Below, one piece after another: positions 1 through 9,572 of a DNA stretch of 63,178 nt (positions are counted from its first letter, which is position 1; every line of letters begins with the position of its first letter). Source of the stretch: Candidatus Moraniibacteriota bacterium (GTDB taxonomy: Bacteria > Patescibacteriota > Minisyncoccia > Moranbacterales > UBA1568); NCBI GenBank assembly GCA_023261645.1, contig JAHFOO010000002.1, positions 1 through 63,178 of the forward strand, read 5' to 3'. The notes under the pieces were generated by a model, which saw nothing but the letters and a program-made list of their open reading frames with translations, was not told the origin of the DNA and made no database searches. The position numbers and the translations under genes were made by a program.

Positions 1-2
1 AT

Positions 3-674
3 TCTGCCCGTCCCTACAAGGTGGGAAATCGCACTATGATGCTTCGGCGTTCAGTGTGGCGTACTGCCTTTTATGGACCTGCTGGCATCGAAGTGTTTGA
101 TGCCGTGCTCAATCCGAGTGAGACAAGCCTCTTCGTACTCCTTCCTCTCGGAAGAGTGGGTGAGTGGAAAAACGGGAGTTGGCTCGTTTGGTTCTCAGAT
201 GGCAGGACTGTGATGACAATGAAGAGCGTTGTCATTCCAGTCGAGGGGAGTGTCGTCGGATTGAGTGATCAGTTCTTCGCTACAAACCCTTCGCCATTTC
301 CGAGGTATACGACGTTTCTCCGAACAGACCCAGATGGACGAAAGTTCTTCGAAAGTCTCGAACGTCGCTTTCCAGCTAGACTGCAAATGTCAGATGGACA
401 GCGGTACTCGACGGAGTCTGAAGTTGTCGATGTCGGAGCTCTCACAAAGGGCGATACGGCAGTTGACAACCTTGTGACGTGCGGAAGTGCTATGGCAGTT
501 CCGAGTGTGACAGGTGTCATTGTCGGAGTGGTATTGTCATTGCCACACAATCTGTCCGTCGCAACAAACGGATGCCGGAACAAGAAAGGTGAGACTGTTA
601 TGAAAAAAAATGAAGTAACCCAAGTTGGGCTGCTTCCGAGCAGCTCATTTCAAACTCAAAGGAGTACACCGTGA
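3..674 (+). CDS. hypothetical protein, 5'-truncated by the window edge
   Basis: Frame is open from position 3; overlaps the next start (GTGA at 671-674); no recognisable family motif. Confidence 0.6.
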   Translation, partial: SARPYKVGNRTMMLRRSVWRTAFYGPAGIEVFDAVLNPSETSLFVLLPLGRVGEWKNGSWLVWFSDGRTVMTMKSVVIPVEGSVVGLSDQFFATNPSPFPRYTTFLRTDPDGRKFFESLERRFPARLQMSDGQRYSTESEVVDVGALTKGDTAVDNLVTCGSAMAVPSVTGVIVGVVLSLPHNLSVATNGCRNKKGETVMKKNEVTQVGLLPSSSFQTQRSTP

Positions 675-2311
675 AAAAATGGATATTACTCTGCATTGCA
701 CTGTTCTTCGGAATAGTGGGTGCGGTACAAGCCGAGGAAGGAGCGTTCTATCAGGTCAAATCTGGTGAAACGCTCTTCGGAAGATTCGGCTCTCATATGG
801 GAGCCACTGTCTGCAAGCTCAATAAGGAGCTTGGAATTATCGTTAATTGTGACCGGATATTGGCCGGACAATGGATTCGTCTGCCGAGCAATGTCGGCGG
901 CCAGAGTGTTGTCTACAAGAATGTCACTTCGGTGAAAGTGCCGAAAAAGCATTTTGAAACGTCTTCTGAAAAAACGTGCATTATGCTTGGTGCCGCTCCA
1001 TTCAATGCGGAGCACAGTATGGCCCGCGCTCTTGTAGGTATCGATCTTTTGACGACACTCTCGCCCGAGCAAAAGGCGATAGCGAAGAAAAAAGTCCTCT
1101 TCGGTGAAACAGCGACAAGCAATGAGCTTGTTGGTCAGCAGATCTTCAAAGAAATGTTGTACCAGAGTAAGTCGACGAAAAAAGTTGTCCACATCTACGA
1201 CAAAATGATATGCAACCCCGAAACGGGTGGTGTACCGGAAGTGATGGATACATATGCTTTGGGTGGAGGAGTATACTTCTCCAATCCGCGTCGTTGTGGC
1301 AATCCATCGACATTCTTCATCAAGCCTGTGTTGTCTCCGGCAGTGGTTTCTCAGAAACCATCGCCAGAGCCGGAAGTCGTGGTTTCATCTGTTGCTGTCG
1401 GTGAACCTGAGCCCGAGGAAGTTGCTCCGAAAGAAGCGATTCGTCGTTGGGATTGGGAGCTGGTAGTGGGTCAAGAGTATGATCGAACCGCACACTCGAC
1501 ATTCGCATCGGGAGCCGTCTATCCGTTCATTGTGGACGAAGACGGCGCCGAACATGCATTCGGTGTCGGTGCCACATATAGTGGCTGGGATGGTAAGACA
1601 GATACGGGTTTCGCTTTCAATGGGAAGCTCAGTGGTTTCGGACCTGCCTATAAGTACAGTTCGTACAAAGGCGGATACGATTTCGGTATCAAACTCTTGC
1701 CATGGGCCACTCTGACCGAAAACGGTGATGGTGGAGCTTATCAGAGTCATCGGCAGTTCGATCTCCAAGGTATTGCGCTCTCATATAACAACTATGAGCG
1801 TGAACTGAAGGGGGAGAAATCTCTCTTCAAATATCAACTCTTCGCTTCGGCTTTCAAGCCTACGAGCGCGGATGTCGGTCATACCTGGGAAGGAAAAACG
1901 ATAAGTGATACGAAAGAGCTCGAAAAGCTCAATCACGTCGTGAATGTCGGGGCGCGCGTCGGTCTCTACGATTTCTCGAAAGAGGATGACAAGATCGGTG
2001 CCAAACTCTGGGCTTCAGTTGGTTGGTTTCAGGAGGACCCTGGTGCGGAAAGTGCAAACTTTCGTATCTCGCTTTCTGATAAGCACGAACGGTTTATGTT
2101 CGGTGTCGGTCGCAACTATGATCTTTTGAATGGCGGTTCTCTCTTCGGCTATGGCTGGAGTTGGGATGTCAGGAAGACGGTCTGGGTAGCGCGTGAAGAA
2201 TCCCGCAAGGAACAATTCATCGCTGCGATCGAGAAAGCCGGCGGATCGCTTGATAAAGATGGTATGGTTCGTCTGCCTCAAAAACAGTACAAAACCGCAC
2301 CGCCTGACTGA
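671..2311 (+). CDS. secreted LysM-domain protein with a C-terminal beta-strand-rich (barrel-like) region
   Basis: Signal peptide MKKWILL...AVQA; LysM-like YQVKSGETL...CDRILAGQWIRLP; Pro/Glu linker; alternating aromatic/Gly strands at ~aa 260-500; AAGGAG upstream of GTG. Confidence 0.75.
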   Translation: MKKWILLCIALFFGIVGAVQAEEGAFYQVKSGETLFGRFGSHMGATVCKLNKELGIIVNCDRILAGQWIRLPSNVGGQSVVYKNVTSVKVPKKHFETSSEKTCIMLGAAPFNAEHSMARALVGIDLLTTLSPEQKAIAKKKVLFGETATSNELVGQQIFKEMLYQSKSTKKVVHIYDKMICNPETGGVPEVMDTYALGGGVYFSNPRRCGNPSTFFIKPVLSPAVVSQKPSPEPEVVVSSVAVGEPEPEEVAPKEAIRRWDWELVVGQEYDRTAHSTFASGAVYPFIVDEDGAEHAFGVGATYSGWDGKTDTGFAFNGKLSGFGPAYKYSSYKGGYDFGIKLLPWATLTENGDGGAYQSHRQFDLQGIALSYNNYERELKGEKSLFKYQLFASAFKPTSADVGHTWEGKTISDTKELEKLNHVVNVGARVGLYDFSKEDDKIGAKLWASVGWFQEDPGAESANFRISLSDKHERFMFGVGRNYDLLNGGSLFGYGWSWDVRKTVWVAREESRKEQFIAAIEKAGGSLDKDGMVRLPQKQYKTAPPD

Positions 2312-2434
2312 ACACAAATGTTTCTCTATGAAAGTCTATAAAAAGGGTACGCGCCACTATGCATTGCATATACGACGTACCGGCTCATAGAGGAAGAAGT
2401 GATCAGATAAGGCGACATCGTTCGCAAAAAACTT

Positions 2435-2470
2435 AGGGCAGAATTCTCCGAAATTCCTGCCCTTTGTCAT
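2435..2470 (+). terminator. probable intrinsic terminator
   Basis: AGGGCAG...CTGCCCT stem followed by a T-rich tract. Confidence 0.55.
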
Positions 2471-2633
2471 TTTTATTACCGAATGAAGTGAGCGAAACGA
2501 AGGTTTATCGTGTCGAAGGCAGACAAACTTTCGTTTCCAAATACCTGCTCGCCTCCGGATGGAGTGCCGGTAAAATCAGGTAAATACACCTGCTATATAC
2601 GATTTTTGCTTTATAATAGGGTATTTTTTCCTC

Positions 2634-2662
2634 TTGACAATATGATAAGAAAAGTGTATACT
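2634..2662 (+). promoter_or_regulatory. sigma70-type promoter
   Basis: TTGACA-17 nt-TATACT. Confidence 0.75.
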
Positions 2663-2787
2663 GGATTGTCCAGTGAATATCTTGCAAAAGGTGTCTGCCG
2701 GACGGTTTCGGATGTACCATAACATTCCAATCTCGGTTGGGCTGTAGACGTACGTCTCGTAACCCAACCAAAAACCAGGAGTTAGAA

Positions 2788-3438
2788 ATGAAAAAGTTGT
2801 TTAAAATCACTGTACTCGTTGCTGCAACGGCACTCATCTCGAGTGCTTTCGCTGCCGACTACAAGGTCAATGGCGCGGTTGTCGCAAAATCGGGCGGTGC
2901 CACGACCCTCTCGGTCGGCGCGGTGACTGCCGACAAGGTGGCTGTTAGTATCAACAACATCGCGGCGGTCTGGAAAGAAGATCCCGGCGCGACCTACGGC
3001 GCCACTTCACTGCAAAGTGAAGATGGTAAAAAGGGCGTGAAGGACTGGGTTCTCACGTATACCGCTAATCCGGAAGTGTTCGCAGGTGCCAAGCAGTGCA
3101 TCTTGAAACGTGGTGCTGACTGGCCAGGGACAGCTAACTTGAAGTCGTTGAAACTTGACGATGCCAAGGTGGTCTGCTCTCCAATCACGGGCGCCGATAG
3201 CACTTACAGTGTCGACATCACCGGGGACTTCAATGTTCTCGGTCTCGTACCGGTCATCGAGTTCAAGGACGGCAGTCGGGCGTGGGGCTCGCATCCGTTT
3301 GGCCAATCGCGTGGTAAAAACATGCGTGGTCAGACCATCACACTTCTCGAGGTCAATCGTGACAAATCGGGCAATGCGGTGAAAGTGGGCCCGGCCAGCA
3401 ATCAGGCCAAGGTCTTCTTTCATGGGCGATTTCAATAA
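2788..3438 (+). CDS. secreted hypothetical protein (216 aa)
   Basis: ATG at 2788 follows AGGAG; signal peptide ending SSAFA; GC-richer codon usage than the core genes. Confidence 0.8.
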   Translation: MKKLFKITVLVAATALISSAFAADYKVNGAVVAKSGGATTLSVGAVTADKVAVSINNIAAVWKEDPGATYGATSLQSEDGKKGVKDWVLTYTANPEVFAGAKQCILKRGADWPGTANLKSLKLDDAKVVCSPITGADSTYSVDITGDFNVLGLVPVIEFKDGSRAWGSHPFGQSRGKNMRGQTITLLEVNRDKSGNAVKVGPASNQAKVFFHGRFQ

Positions 3439-3452
3439 GACCTCCCAAAAAA

Positions 3453-3535
3453 ACCGCGTAAACGGACGCGGTCTCTCAAAAAAGGGTTTCAAAACAATGC
3501 ATAACCGCAACGTTTTGAAACCCTTCTTTTTTTAT
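3453..3535. terminator. tandem hairpins, bidirectional terminator between convergent genes
   Basis: ACCGCGT/ACGCGGT (3453-3472) and a perfect 14-bp stem AAGGGTTTCAAAAC/GTTTTGAAACCCTT (3482-3525), with A- and T-runs flanking. Confidence 0.7.
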
Positions 3536-3551
3536 CCGAACAAGAATGCTT

Positions 3552-4925
3552 CTAGGCATTCTTTTTGTTTTGTGAAGAGAGAGACAGAAGTGCACCGAAA
3601 GCGATGAAGAACAGCCACTGCACAGGAGTGTTTTTGAATATATTGTCCGTGAGGGAAGAGAGTTCAAGAGCGAGGAAGAAAAGAAACAAGACACCAAAAG
3701 CTATCTGAAGGGCACTGTCTTTTCGACTGGAAAAATATTTTTTGAGAATAAGGAATGCAAGAGAGAAAAGATAGAGGAGAAATACTCCGAGACCGACAAG
3801 ACCACCTTCGACAAAAAACTTCACGAAATCGTTGTGCGGGTCATTGGGGCCATTTTTGGTGCCACGGACACTTTCGGATACTTCAGGAAAAGTGTCCATA
3901 CCGGAACCGAGAAGGAGTCCACCATTCTGGAGAGAACGGGTGGTGACATCACTCCACAGCGTTTGTCTCCAGAGGATGGAGCTATCAGGATTGGGATGGA
4001 AACTTTCTACAACACGTGACTGGAAACTCCCCGAGAAAACAAAGAGTATGATCGGAAAAAGAAGAAGTGGGAAAAGGAATATCCGATAACGAAAGAGGGT
4101 GACCAGAAACAGAAAAAAGAACAGCGCCACCCAGGCCACCCGAGCAAAGGTGATGAAGAGCATCAGCGAAAATATACCAAGAACACCGAGCATTATCATA
4201 CGGCTGATGCCTTTTTCTGCAAAAAGGAGGAGGTAGAGTAAGCCGAAAACAACCAGAGCAAAAAGATACATACTGTAGACATTGGGATGGCTGAAGGTGC
4301 CGAAGATGCGAAGGATGGAGACGTTTTCATCCTGAAGTCCGATATGGAAAACAAATTGATAAAGACCAAAAAGAAGAGGAAGGATACTTGAAACGAAAAA
4401 TGCTTGCAAAAGATGTTTGAAATCAATCGTTTCTTTGATGGTGGCGTAAGCGAGAAAACTCAGAGCGAAAAGATCGAAGATGCGAAGAAGTTCTTGGAGT
4501 GTGGAGCGAGGAGCGATGGAATAGAGAATCGTCAGTCCACCCCATATGAAGAGAAGAAAGAATGGGAGCCTGAGGGGAAATTTCATCAGTTCTGCCCGTC
4601 TGAGAAAAAGGAAAACAAAACCGAGGAGAGCGATGCCGATGCCGAGCAGTTGAGAAAGAGAAATGACTGTTTCATAGAGAGTAATACTGAAATATTGTGA
4701 TGAATAGTCGAGTGACATACGTATCACGATAAGCACGAAGAGAAGAAGTTTCGGTTCTCGAAAGAGAAGAATGAAAGCGGTAATAAAGCCAAAAATGAGT
4801 GATGGTAAGAAAAACGAAAGAACAGGAAAAAGAAGAGACAGCACTCCGCTCAGAAAGAGAAGAGTGATAAAAGCAAGAATGAAGGATGGTTTTTCGAGAA
4901 AACTTTTTGTGGCGATGGAGCTCAT
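3552..4925 (-). CDS. O-antigen ligase/polymerase (Wzy/WaaL-like) membrane protein
   Basis: About 12 TM segments; motifs RIFGTFSHPN, TFARVAW, SILWRQTLW, DPHNDFVKFFVEGG. Confidence 0.85.
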   Translation of the reverse strand: MSSIATKSFLEKPSFILAFITLLFLSGVLSLLFPVLSFFLPSLIFGFITAFILLFREPKLLLFVLIVIRMSLDYSSQYFSITLYETVISLSQLLGIGIALLGFVFLFLRRAELMKFPLRLPFFLLFIWGGLTILYSIAPRSTLQELLRIFDLFALSFLAYATIKETIDFKHLLQAFFVSSILPLLFGLYQFVFHIGLQDENVSILRIFGTFSHPNVYSMYLFALVVFGLLYLLLFAEKGISRMIMLGVLGIFSLMLFITFARVAWVALFFFLFLVTLFRYRIFLFPLLLFPIILFVFSGSFQSRVVESFHPNPDSSILWRQTLWSDVTTRSLQNGGLLLGSGMDTFPEVSESVRGTKNGPNDPHNDFVKFFVEGGLVGLGVFLLYLFSLAFLILKKYFSSRKDSALQIAFGVLFLFFLALELSSLTDNIFKNTPVQWLFFIAFGALLSLSSQNKKNA

Positions 4926-4947
4926 AGCATTTCTTTTTATGCGAGGA

Positions 4948-5598
4948 CTACTTCTTCCAGAGAACGGTAAAGGTCATAGGGAGAAGGAGAAAGCGATTTT
5001 TGATGAGTGAATACTCGGTGATTCCGGACTGAGCAAAGAGAAGGCGGAGTTCTTGTTCGGAGAGAAGACGCATATAGTCACCGGTAGCCCATGATTTACC
5101 GATCCAGTCGAGAAACGTGTCAAAATATTTTTTGGAGAGAATGAGATGAAGGAAGGGGACACGAGTATGCACTTCAACGAGGAAGAGACGATTGGGAGTG
5201 GTGAGATAGCCACGTTTTGCCACTCGCACAAGTTCTTTCAAGAATTGGAGTTGTTTCTCGTGATCACCGACGTGTTCGATGACGGCATTGGAATAGGCGA
5301 TGTCGAATGCATCGTCCTCAAAAGGAAGATCGAGACCATCTGCAGAAATTGCATGTACGAGAGGATAGTGTTTCGCAAACATACTCATATCTCCGAGACC
5401 TATCGCGGTAATTTTTTCCGGATGAGAGTAGGATGTCTCGAGATAGTTGTCGGTGTTCGAATACTCAGTGGTATTGACGCCAACATCAAGAATACGCTCT
5501 TCTTTTTGTGGAATGATCTCTTGAAGGAACTGTGAAAACTTCTTTTTTCTGCTTTGTGCCGAAAGAGAGTAAGCGATTTTATCGACGATTGAAGTCAT
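4948..5598 (-). CDS. class I SAM-dependent methyltransferase
   Basis: ILDVGV, ADGLDLPFEDDAFDIAYSNAVIEHV; start moved to ATG 5598 to leave room for divergent promoters. Confidence 0.85.
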   Translation of the reverse strand: MTSIVDKIAYSLSAQSRKKKFSQFLQEIIPQKEERILDVGVNTTEYSNTDNYLETSYSHPEKITAIGLGDMSMFAKHYPLVHAISADGLDLPFEDDAFDIAYSNAVIEHVGDHEKQLQFLKELVRVAKRGYLTTPNRLFLVEVHTRVPFLHLILSKKYFDTFLDWIGKSWATGDYMRLLSEQELRLLFAQSGITEYSLIKNRFLLLPMTFTVLWKK

Positions 5599-5651
5599 AT
5601 TGTGATTGGGGTTACTTTCTTGTATAATGCTATTATAAAGCAAAAAAGTCA

Positions 5652-6881
5652 ATGCGTATTCTGCTTATCAACAAGTATCATTTTCTCAAAGGAGGCGCAG
5701 AACGTGCTTATTTTGATATGGCACGGATCCTCGAATCACAGGGACATGAGGTCGCTTTTTTTTCTATGGAACATCCAAAGAACGAATCTACACAGTGGAA
5801 GAAATACTTCATACAAAATATCGAATATCACGATATACCGATCTCTTTCACAGAGAAACTTTCTCTCATAGGAAAAATTCTCTTCAATTTTGAAGCCAAA
5901 AAAAAACTCGAAAAACTTCTTGATGATTTTCATCCGGATATCGCTCATATTCATAATATTTATCATCAGCTTTCGCCATCTCTTTTTTGGCCTTTACGAA
6001 AACATGACATACCGATCGCGATGACGCTTCATGATTACAAGCTCATCTCACCGAATTACAGTCTCTTCGTGAGGGGGAAAATTTGGGAGCATTCATCCGG
6101 ATTTCGCTGTATTGTCGATCGTTGTGTACAGGATTCTGTATTGAAGAGTATCGTATGTGCTGTCGAAAAATGGCTTCACGCTCTTCTTGGCAGTTATGGA
6201 AAAGTGGATCTTTTTATTTCTCCGAGTCAATTTTTGATAGAGAAATTTCGAGAGTTCGGATTCAAACATGAAATAGTTTTGCTTCCGAATCCTCTTCCAT
6301 CACGGAGAGAAGCGACAGAAAAGGATATTCGCGAGAGAGATACCCTGCTTTTCTTTGGAAGGCTCTCTCCTGAGAAAGGCGTCGATTTGATCATCGAGGC
6401 TTTGGCATTGCTCAAGCAAGAGAAAAAATTATGGCTTGTCGGTGATGGACCGGACCGGAAAAAATTAGAAAAACTTGTTTCGGATAAAAACCTTACTGAC
6501 CGAGTCATCTTTTTTGGCGCTCTCTATGGTGACGATTTGGAAAGACTCAAACAGCGAGCAGAAGCAGTTCTTCTTCCGTCGCGTTGGTATGAGAATTTCC
6601 CGTACGTACTCATCGAAAGCTTGCAAGCTGGTTGTGTCGTGGTTGCCTCCAATAGCGGAGGCATATCCGAACGTATCCACCACGGAGAAAATGGATTTCT
6701 TTTCAAGACAGGGGATGTGGAATCTCTCGTGGAAACCATAGTATCCCTTGACACGTATCCTCTCGATACTGTGAGGGTACGTGCTATGGAAAGCGTTTCT
6801 GATCTTACGGAAAAGTTGTTTATTACGAAATTGCTCTCTTTGTATGAAGAGCTTTTGTCAAAGGAGAGAATGTCGAAATAA
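5652..6881 (+). CDS. glycosyltransferase family 4 (GT-B)
   Basis: KGGAERAY, FFGRLSPEKG, PSRWYENFPYVLIESLQAG. Confidence 0.9.
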   Translation: MRILLINKYHFLKGGAERAYFDMARILESQGHEVAFFSMEHPKNESTQWKKYFIQNIEYHDIPISFTEKLSLIGKILFNFEAKKKLEKLLDDFHPDIAHIHNIYHQLSPSLFWPLRKHDIPIAMTLHDYKLISPNYSLFVRGKIWEHSSGFRCIVDRCVQDSVLKSIVCAVEKWLHALLGSYGKVDLFISPSQFLIEKFREFGFKHEIVLLPNPLPSRREATEKDIRERDTLLFFGRLSPEKGVDLIIEALALLKQEKKLWLVGDGPDRKKLEKLVSDKNLTDRVIFFGALYGDDLERLKQRAEAVLLPSRWYENFPYVLIESLQAGCVVVASNSGGISERIHHGENGFLFKTGDVESLVETIVSLDTYPLDTVRVRAMESVSDLTEKLFITKLLSLYEELLSKERMSK

Positions 6882-6892
6882 AGCCTATACAC

Positions 6893-6921
6893 TGGACAAA
6901 ATATGGAAAAAGTGCTATAGT
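6893..6921 (+). promoter_or_regulatory. sigma70-type promoter
   Basis: TGGACA-17 nt-TATAGT. Confidence 0.6.
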
Positions 6922-6967
6922 GCAGTTTGGTTTTCGTAGGTGTTTTTTAACAAAAAGGAGTAGAGAA

Positions 6968-7387
6968 ATGAAGAAAATGTTCGGAATAGTGCTGGGGTGT
7001 GTTTTGGCGTTTGGTCAGGCTCAAGCCCAGGCTGAATTCGGCCAATTCGGCCAGAAAGTCGATGGGTTGGCTATCACATTCTATCCTGTAGCAGTCCGAG
7101 CGCAGGAGCTGGTGGCGATGGAGCTCATCACATCGGATCAGTATCAGGATCGGTACATCGCGCTCGAACAAAGCGTGATGCAAAATGATTGGCGCCCGAC
7201 ATTGTTGATGGACAATACTGTCTCAAACCCGGGGAAGTGTACGGTTCTCGTACGTCAAAGCGGGTATGGTGTCGATTGTTGGCTCGTAGGTGAAACAAAG
7301 GTGTTCGCGCAATACACCAAAGTGCGGACTATCAGAGAGGTTATCGCAACCGTTCGCGATTTTTCGAAAAATCGACTGAAGCGGTAA
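6968..7387 (+). CDS. secreted hypothetical protein (139 aa)
   Basis: ATG 6968 after AAAGGAG; signal peptide MKKMFGIVLGCVLAFGQAQA. Confidence 0.75.
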   Translation: MKKMFGIVLGCVLAFGQAQAQAEFGQFGQKVDGLAITFYPVAVRAQELVAMELITSDQYQDRYIALEQSVMQNDWRPTLLMDNTVSNPGKCTVLVRQSGYGVDCWLVGETKVFAQYTKVRTIREVIATVRDFSKNRLKR

Positions 7388-7389
7388 AA

Positions 7390-7425
7390 AATAGGCGTAC
7401 AAGAGAATCTTCTTGTGCGCCTATT
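7390..7425. terminator. bidirectional terminator hairpin
   Basis: AGGCGTACAAGA/TCTTGTGCGCCT stem between convergent genes. Confidence 0.65.
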
Positions 7426-7437
7426 GAATTTCAGGAA

Positions 7438-9555
7438 TTATGGAAGAGTATTTTTTTCGAGACGGATGCGAGCATCGAGCACGCGGAAATCCGTTCTTTT
7501 TGAAAAGACGAGAAGCGGGTTGATATCGAGTTCGGCTACTTCGGGGAAGTCAATCGCGAACTGTGCGAGATGCATCAAAAGTTCTTTCAGATACAAAATA
7601 TCGATACCGGCTTCACCACGTACTCCTGAGAGGATTGCAAAGCTTTTTATTTCACGCACCATTTCATCAATATCCGATTCGGAGAGGGGGATGAAGCGCA
7701 TCGTAACGTCTTTCAGTGTCTCGACATAAATACCGCCCAATCCGAAAACGAGGAGTGTTCCGAGTCCCGGTTCTTTCTTGAGTCCGAGAAGGAGTTCCTT
7801 CCCGCCTTTTTTTGCCATTTCGACCACGAGTGCGCCATCGATTTTTGCATCGGGTGCATTTTTCTTTACATTGGTGAGGAGTCGATCGTAGGCTACCTCC
7901 ATATCTTTCGGATCGATGTCGAGAATGACTCCGCCCGCATCGGATTTGTGGATGATGTCGGGTGAAATAATTTTGAGTGCGACGTTTTTCTCTATTTTCT
8001 GAGCAGCTTCTTTCGCCTCTTTTTTATTTCGCACTTCATAGGTGGCGAAAAATGGGAATCCGTATGCTTTGAGTATGTCGCTTGCCTCTTTTTCGGTCGG
8101 TGTTGTACGATTTTCACTCTTCACTTTTTCGATGATAATTCTGGCTTTTTCTTTGTCAATATTTTGCAGTATGATAGGCGGAACAGCAATTTGTTTGCGC
8201 CAATCGGCGACACGTGCCAGTGCTCCGAGTGCCTGCATACCGGGTTCCGGGTAGATGAGAGTCGCTACGCCATTTCGTCGTAAGAGAGCATTTCCTCCCT
8301 CCAATGATTCTTTGCCGGCGAAAACAGCGATAATTGGTTTATTATAATGTTTTTTGATCGTGATGATGGCTTCAGCAGTTTTCACATCTTCTGTCATCGT
8401 CTGTGGAGTCACAATGACGAGCAACATATCTGTTTCTTCGTCAGCCACCACTATTTCGAGAGCGTTCTGGTAGCGAATTGCCAGAGCATCTCCTAATACA
8501 TCGACAGGATTGTTCACGCTGGCAGAAGGAGGGAGTACCGCCCGTAATTTCTTTTTTGTTTCTTCTCCGAATGATGCGATGCGAAGACCATTTTGTACGG
8601 CGGCATCAGTCGCGAGTACTCCCAACCCACCGGCGTTGGTAATGATACTCACCCGATTGTTTTCCGGTAGGGCATTATTGGAAAAAATAGAGAGGAGATT
8701 GAGTAAGTTTTCGAGACTCTCGGCACGGATGATACGAGCTTGTTTGAAGAGCGCTTCATAGGCGTCATCGCTTCCGGCGAGTGCCCCGGTGTGCGAGCTC
8801 GATGCCTGCGTACCGGCTGTAGTCGTGCCTGATTTGAGAGCGATGATCGGTTTCGGTTCTGATCCGGCAAGTACTGCACGACCTGCTTCGATAATTTTTT
8901 TGCTCTCAATCAATCCTTCGGTATAGAAACTGATAACAGAGGTATTCGTATCGGATGCGAAGAAACGAAGGAGCTCGTTCTCGTCTATGATCGCCTTGTT
9001 TCCGATGCTGATGAAGTGAGAAAAACCAAGTGAGTCGTGAGTGAGGTCGAGGAGCGCCGTACAGAGTGCCCCGCTTTGAGAGAAGAAAGCGATTTTCCCA
9101 TTCTCTGGAAGAATCTTGGCGAAAGAAGCATTGAGACCGAGCGATGGACGGAGGAATCCGAGACAATTCGGACCGAGAAGCGCTATATCATATTTTTTGG
9201 ATATTTGTGTTATCTCATCTTCCAATTTTTTTCCTTCAACTCCGGTTTCTTTGAACCCGGAAGAAATGACGATGGTAGCATGGACGCCTTTCTCTCCGAC
9301 TTCGCGTAAGACAAGAGGGACGATGCTGGCCGGAACGATGATGATGGCGAGATCTATCTCATGAGGGATGAGAGAAATGTTTGTATAACAAGGGAGACCA
9401 AAGAGATTGTCGGCTTTGGGATTGATGGGATAGATACTCCCGGTATAGCTATTTTTGAGGAGGTTTTCGGTGAGAGTATATCCGACACTGCCAATTTTTG
9501 TGGATGCACCGATGACGGCGATAGATCGTGGCGAAAAAAGTGTTTCGAGTTGCAT
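7438..9555 (-). CDS. acd: acetate--CoA ligase (ADP-forming), fused alpha-beta
   Basis: CoA-binding N-terminus (PRSIAVIGAS, GPNCLG), SQSGAL, SSHTGALAG phospho-His motif, ATP-grasp C-terminus (HKSDAGGV, ELDINP); start set at MQLETLF. Confidence 0.9.
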   Translation of the reverse strand: MQLETLFSPRSIAVIGASTKIGSVGYTLTENLLKNSYTGSIYPINPKADNLFGLPCYTNISLIPHEIDLAIIIVPASIVPLVLREVGEKGVHATIVISSGFKETGVEGKKLEDEITQISKKYDIALLGPNCLGFLRPSLGLNASFAKILPENGKIAFFSQSGALCTALLDLTHDSLGFSHFISIGNKAIIDENELLRFFASDTNTSVISFYTEGLIESKKIIEAGRAVLAGSEPKPIIALKSGTTTAGTQASSSHTGALAGSDDAYEALFKQARIIRAESLENLLNLLSIFSNNALPENNRVSIITNAGGLGVLATDAAVQNGLRIASFGEETKKKLRAVLPPSASVNNPVDVLGDALAIRYQNALEIVVADEETDMLLVIVTPQTMTEDVKTAEAIITIKKHYNKPIIAVFAGKESLEGGNALLRRNGVATLIYPEPGMQALGALARVADWRKQIAVPPIILQNIDKEKARIIIEKVKSENRTTPTEKEASDILKAYGFPFFATYEVRNKKEAKEAAQKIEKNVALKIISPDIIHKSDAGGVILDIDPKDMEVAYDRLLTNVKKNAPDAKIDGALVVEMAKKGGKELLLGLKKEPGLGTLLVFGLGGIYVETLKDVTMRFIPLSESDIDEMVREIKSFAILSGVRGEAGIDILYLKELLMHLAQFAIDFPEVAELDINPLLVFSKRTDFRVLDARIRLEKNTLP

Positions 9556-9572
9556 AATTTTTGTTTTAGATA

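Noticed and set aside
2330-2583. Short ORFs MKVYKKG... (20 aa) and VSETKVYRVEG... (31 aa)
   Set aside because: Too short, no SD, no recognisable motif; they may be gene remnants but cannot be supported.
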